The notes beneath the pieces were generated by a model, which ran no database searches, had not been told where the DNA came from, and saw only the letters and a list, made by a program, of their open reading frames with translations. From Longimicrobiales bacterium (lineage in GTDB: Bacteria; Gemmatimonadota; Gemmatimonadetes; Longimicrobiales; Gaopeijiaceae): a DNA stretch of 64,000 bases. The stretch lies in NCBI GenBank assembly GCA_965116905.1, contig OZ220732.1, positions 3,040,001-3,104,000 on the forward strand, in the 5' to 3' direction. Each line of letters starts with the position of its first letter. Position 1 is the first letter of the stretch. The position numbers were made by a program, and so were the translations under genes. Shown in pieces: positions 61,309-64,000 of this stretch.

Positions 61309-62021
61309 GAAGTGCGCACCCCCTGCGCCATCGCGAAGACGAAGATGTTCACTCCCATGCGCAGGGCGTCCTCCCTGATCCCGGGCGGATCCTCGTGGAC
61401 GTCCGGATCCTCCCAGCCGTCCCCCAGATCGGTCTCGTACGTATACATGACGACGAGCCGGCCCTGATGGAATATCCCGAAGGCCTGTGGAGGCGCGCCA
61501 TCGTGCTCATGAATCTTGGGCAATCCCTCCGGGAATTCGTAGGGGGAGTGGAAGACGGGGTGATCCGGGGGGAGTTCGATGAGCTCCTTCTCGGGGAAGA
61601 TCCGCGCCATCTCGCGACGGAAGGACTCGTCCAGTCCGTAGTTGTCGTCCGCGTGCAGGAAACCCCCGGCGAGCAGGTAGCCGCGCAGGGCGAGACGCTC
61701 CTCGTCCGAGAAGCGGACGTTCCCGTGGCCCGTCATGTAGAGGAAGGGGAAGTCCCGCAGCAACGGATCGGTGGGGCGAACCGCGACTTCGCGCTCGGCC
61801 GTGGCGATCCCGGTCCGCTCCCGCACCGCGGCCAGCAGGTTCGGCAGCGAGGACGGGTTCGCGTACCAGTCCCCCCCACCCTCGTACTGGAGGCGCCCGA
61901 TGGTTACAGGGCCGGCACCCTGTGCACCGGCATTGCCGGCCTGCCCGGCGAGCGCCACGACCACCGCCCCGGTCCCGACCAGGCACCGCCGCAACCGGGC
62001 GGGCGCGCCGCACACCATCAC
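61305..62021 (-). CDS. DUF4159 domain secreted protein
   Basis: RLQYEGGGDWYANPSSLPNLL, PFLYMTGHG, GGFLHADDNYG, LPKIHEHDG, DLGDGWED, ALRMGVN. Confidence 0.88.
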   Translation of the reverse strand: MMVCGAPARLRRCLVGTGAVVVALAGQAGNAGAQGAGPVTIGRLQYEGGGDWYANPSSLPNLLAAVRERTGIATAEREVAVRPTDPLLRDFPFLYMTGHGNVRFSDEERLALRGYLLAGGFLHADDNYGLDESFRREMARIFPEKELIELPPDHPVFHSPYEFPEGLPKIHEHDGAPPQAFGIFHQGRLVVMYTYETDLGDGWEDPDVHEDPPGIREDALRMGVNIFVFAMAQGVRTS

Positions 62022-62914
62022 CGGCCCTTCCTGGCCCTCACCACGGCTTCGTACGCCGCGCCCCGCGGGATGCCACCCCGCGCGGCCACCGTCCGCGCGG
62101 CGGCGCCGGGGGGCAGCCCCTCGGCCAGGGCCTCGACGGCCAGCGCGTCCACCTCGGCCGCGTCCAGGACGCGCTCGCCCGATCGCCCCCCGACCACGAC
62201 CGTCACCTCTCCGCGCGGCGGGTGCCGGCCGTAGTGGCGAACGGCCTCGGCGGGGGTGCCCCGGAAGATCTCCTCGTGCACCTTGGTCATCTCACGGCAC
62301 ACCGCGATCCGTCGCCGGCCGGCGCCCACGAGCCCGGCCAGCTCCTCCAGAAGCCGGAGGAGCCGCGCGGGCGACTCGAACAGCACGGTGGTGTCTTCGG
62401 CGCCAATGATCCGCTCCAGGGCACGGGCTCGCCTGCCCGCCTTGCGTGGCAGGAACCCCACAAACGTGAACGGGACACAAGGTAGTCCCGAAGCCACCAG
62501 TGCCGCGAGGACCGCCGAAGGCCCCGGAACCGCAACCACCTCGTGCCCACCCTCGACGACCGCGCCCAGCAGGCGCTCGCCGGGGTCCGAGAGCAGCGGC
62601 GTACCCGCGTCCGAAACCAGCGCGACATCGTCGCCGCGCGCCAGCCAGCGCTCCACCCGGGCGATGCGGCTCGCCTCGTTGTGCGCGTGAAGCGAGACCG
62701 GATGCCTGGTCACCCCGATATGGCCGAGCAGCGTCCGTGCCCGCCGCGTATCCTCGGCCAGGATGTGATCGGCCGCGGCAAGAGCGTCGCGCGCCCGGGC
62801 GGTCAGGTCGGCGAGGTTGCCGATGGGCGTCGCCACGATGAAGAGCCGTCCCGGCACCGTGGACGGGCCCGGGAGCGACTCGCCCTCCATACCGGCCCGC
62901 GCGGCGTCCGACAC
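62018..62914 (-). CDS. rsmI: 16S rRNA (cytidine1402-2'-O)-methyltransferase
   Basis: IVATPIGNLAD, AEDTR, VSDAGTPLLSDPG, VPGPSA, FESPAR, REMTKVHEE. Confidence 0.95.
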   Translation of the reverse strand: MSDAARAGMEGESLPGPSTVPGRLFIVATPIGNLADLTARARDALAAADHILAEDTRRARTLLGHIGVTRHPVSLHAHNEASRIARVERWLARGDDVALVSDAGTPLLSDPGERLLGAVVEGGHEVVAVPGPSAVLAALVASGLPCVPFTFVGFLPRKAGRRARALERIIGAEDTTVLFESPARLLRLLEELAGLVGAGRRRIAVCREMTKVHEEIFRGTPAEAVRHYGRHPPRGEVTVVVGGRSGERVLDAAEVDALAVEALAEGLPPGAAARTVAARGGIPRGAAYEAVVRARKGR

Positions 62915-62926
62915 CCTCGGCGCGCC

Positions 62927-63259
62927 CTACAAGTGCTGCGTGATCTTCTGCTCCAGCTGGGCCTTCGGCACGGCTCCCACGATCGTGTCCACGTGCTTGC
63001 CGTCACGGAAGAAGAGGATGCTCGGTATCGATCGCACCCCGAACCGCATCGAGGTGGACATGTTCGTGTCCACGTCGAGCTTGCCGACGCGGACACGTCC
63101 CGCGTACTCGTCGGCCAGTTCCCCGACGAACGGCGCGATGATCCTGCAGGGTCCGCACCACTCGGCCCAGAAATCGACCATCGCGAGTCCCTCGTGAGCT
63201 TCGATCTCGTCCGCGAAGTTGTCGTCGGTGATGGTGACGAGGTTGGAGTTGTCTGCCAT
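62927..63259 (-). CDS. trxA: Thioredoxin
   Basis: VDFWAEWCGPCR, KLDVD, VRSIP, VGAVPK. Start ATG 63259. Confidence 0.95.
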   Translation of the reverse strand: MADNSNLVTITDDNFADEIEAHEGLAMVDFWAEWCGPCRIIAPFVGELADEYAGRVRVGKLDVDTNMSTSMRFGVRSIPSILFFRDGKHVDTIVGAVPKAQLEQKITQHL

Positions 63260-63427
63260 TCTCGGAGTCCCCGGTAAAGTCGTCATGATCGGCCGCCGAC
63301 CCTGCGGGGTGGTCCGCTCCGCGGGATCGGCCGCCTGTGTGATCGCTACCGTTAACTCTAACCAAAAACCGCTCCCCCTTGATCCGCCCTCGCGGCCGCC
63401 GCCCCCGACGCCTGCGGACCCGCGGGT

Positions 63428-64000
63428 TCAGTCCAGCGAGCGGGCGACCCGAAAGCCCACGATGAGGCTCCGATCGAGGAAGGGACTGCGCAGCCGGTAG
63501 GCCGCGCGCAGGTCCCGGACCCCATGGTACCAGGAGCCCCCGCGCGCCACCCGCGCGGAACAGTCCCCCGACTCCCACGCCCTGCCGTCGCCCGGCGCGC
63601 CCGCGTAGCCCTCGTTCCAGCAGTCCTGGGTCCACTCCCAGACATTGCCCAGGAGGTCGTAAAGACCGAAAGCGTTCGGTTTGAAGGACCCCGCCGGCGC
63701 CGTGTTCTCATGCCCGTCGCCGCAGGGCAGCGCGGAGTAGTCGCCATTCGCGTAGAGGCAGGCATCCGTGACGGTGCGGCCCCAGGGGCGCGCCGTCGAC
63801 GTCCCCGCGCGCGCGGCGTACTCCCACTCCGCTTCGCTCAGCAGCCGGTACGAATGCCCGGTCACCTCGGACAGCCACTGCGTGTACGCCTGGGCATCGG
63901 TCCAGTTCACGTTGATCACGGGACGGCTTCCGCGCCCCCAGCCCTCGTCGTCGGGCAGGTGCTCCAGGCACCCGCCGTCCTGCACGCACGCCTCCCACTC
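63428..64000 (-). CDS. FGE-sulfatase (SUMF1/EgtB/PvdO) domain protein, C-terminal part (5' end outside window)
   Basis: RPVINVNW.DA..Y..W, RLLSEAEWEYAARAG, PNAFGLYD..GNVWEW, RGGSW, GFRVAR. Confidence 0.9.
   Translation of the reverse strand, partial: EWEACVQDGGCLEHLPDDEGWGRGSRPVINVNWTDAQAYTQWLSEVTGHSYRLLSEAEWEYAARAGTSTARPWGRTVTDACLYANGDYSALPCGDGHENTAPAGSFKPNAFGLYDLLGNVWEWTQDCWNEGYAGAPGDGRAWESGDCSARVARGGSWYHGVRDLRAAYRLRSPFLDRSLIVGFRVARSLD

Noticed and set aside
63428..64000. DGR target (variable region in an FGE/C-type lectin fold)
   Set aside because: No template repeat or reverse transcriptase in the window. It cannot be excluded from elsewhere in the genome, but there is no support here.

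Overview
High-GC bacterial chromosomal segment, probably Gemmatimonadota or another FCB-related lineage. That assignment is an inference from gene families, not a database result. It holds about 48 CDS, mostly on the minus strand, and two tRNAs (CAT-anticodon tRNA, probably Ile2; tRNA-Ser UGA). Bases 1-12000 are an outer-membrane/uptake region: a CBM9/DUF5916 protein, a frameshifted TonB-dependent receptor, FG-GAP and VPS10/BNR propeller proteins, and a metal-uptake unit. The rest is mostly housekeeping: upp, rluB, scpAB, rpsT, pyrR-pyrB-pyrC-like, tadA, gltX, an RND efflux operon, ispG, purNH, selA, valS, rsmI and trxA, plus a small islet beside tRNA-Ser and an operon of uncharacterised envelope proteins. 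Most notable observations: (1) a CruR/DUF2946-like leader ORF with a Cys/His motif and a C-terminal RAPP ribosome-arrest motif, upstream of a ZnuD-like TonB receptor and a His-rich lipoprotein; (2) a lipoprotein with about 30 D-(S/T)-x O-glycosylation-type sequons built from tandem repeats; (3) apparent pseudo-enzymes, namely a non-cleavable LexA, a PyrC'-like dihydroorotase and a degenerate AAA ATPase; (4) a JAB-DinG fusion translationally coupled to DUF4159/DUF4175/TPR genes; (5) a duplicated tRNA-Ser 3' end and several non-coding tandem repeats. No CRISPR array, integrase or transposase was seen.
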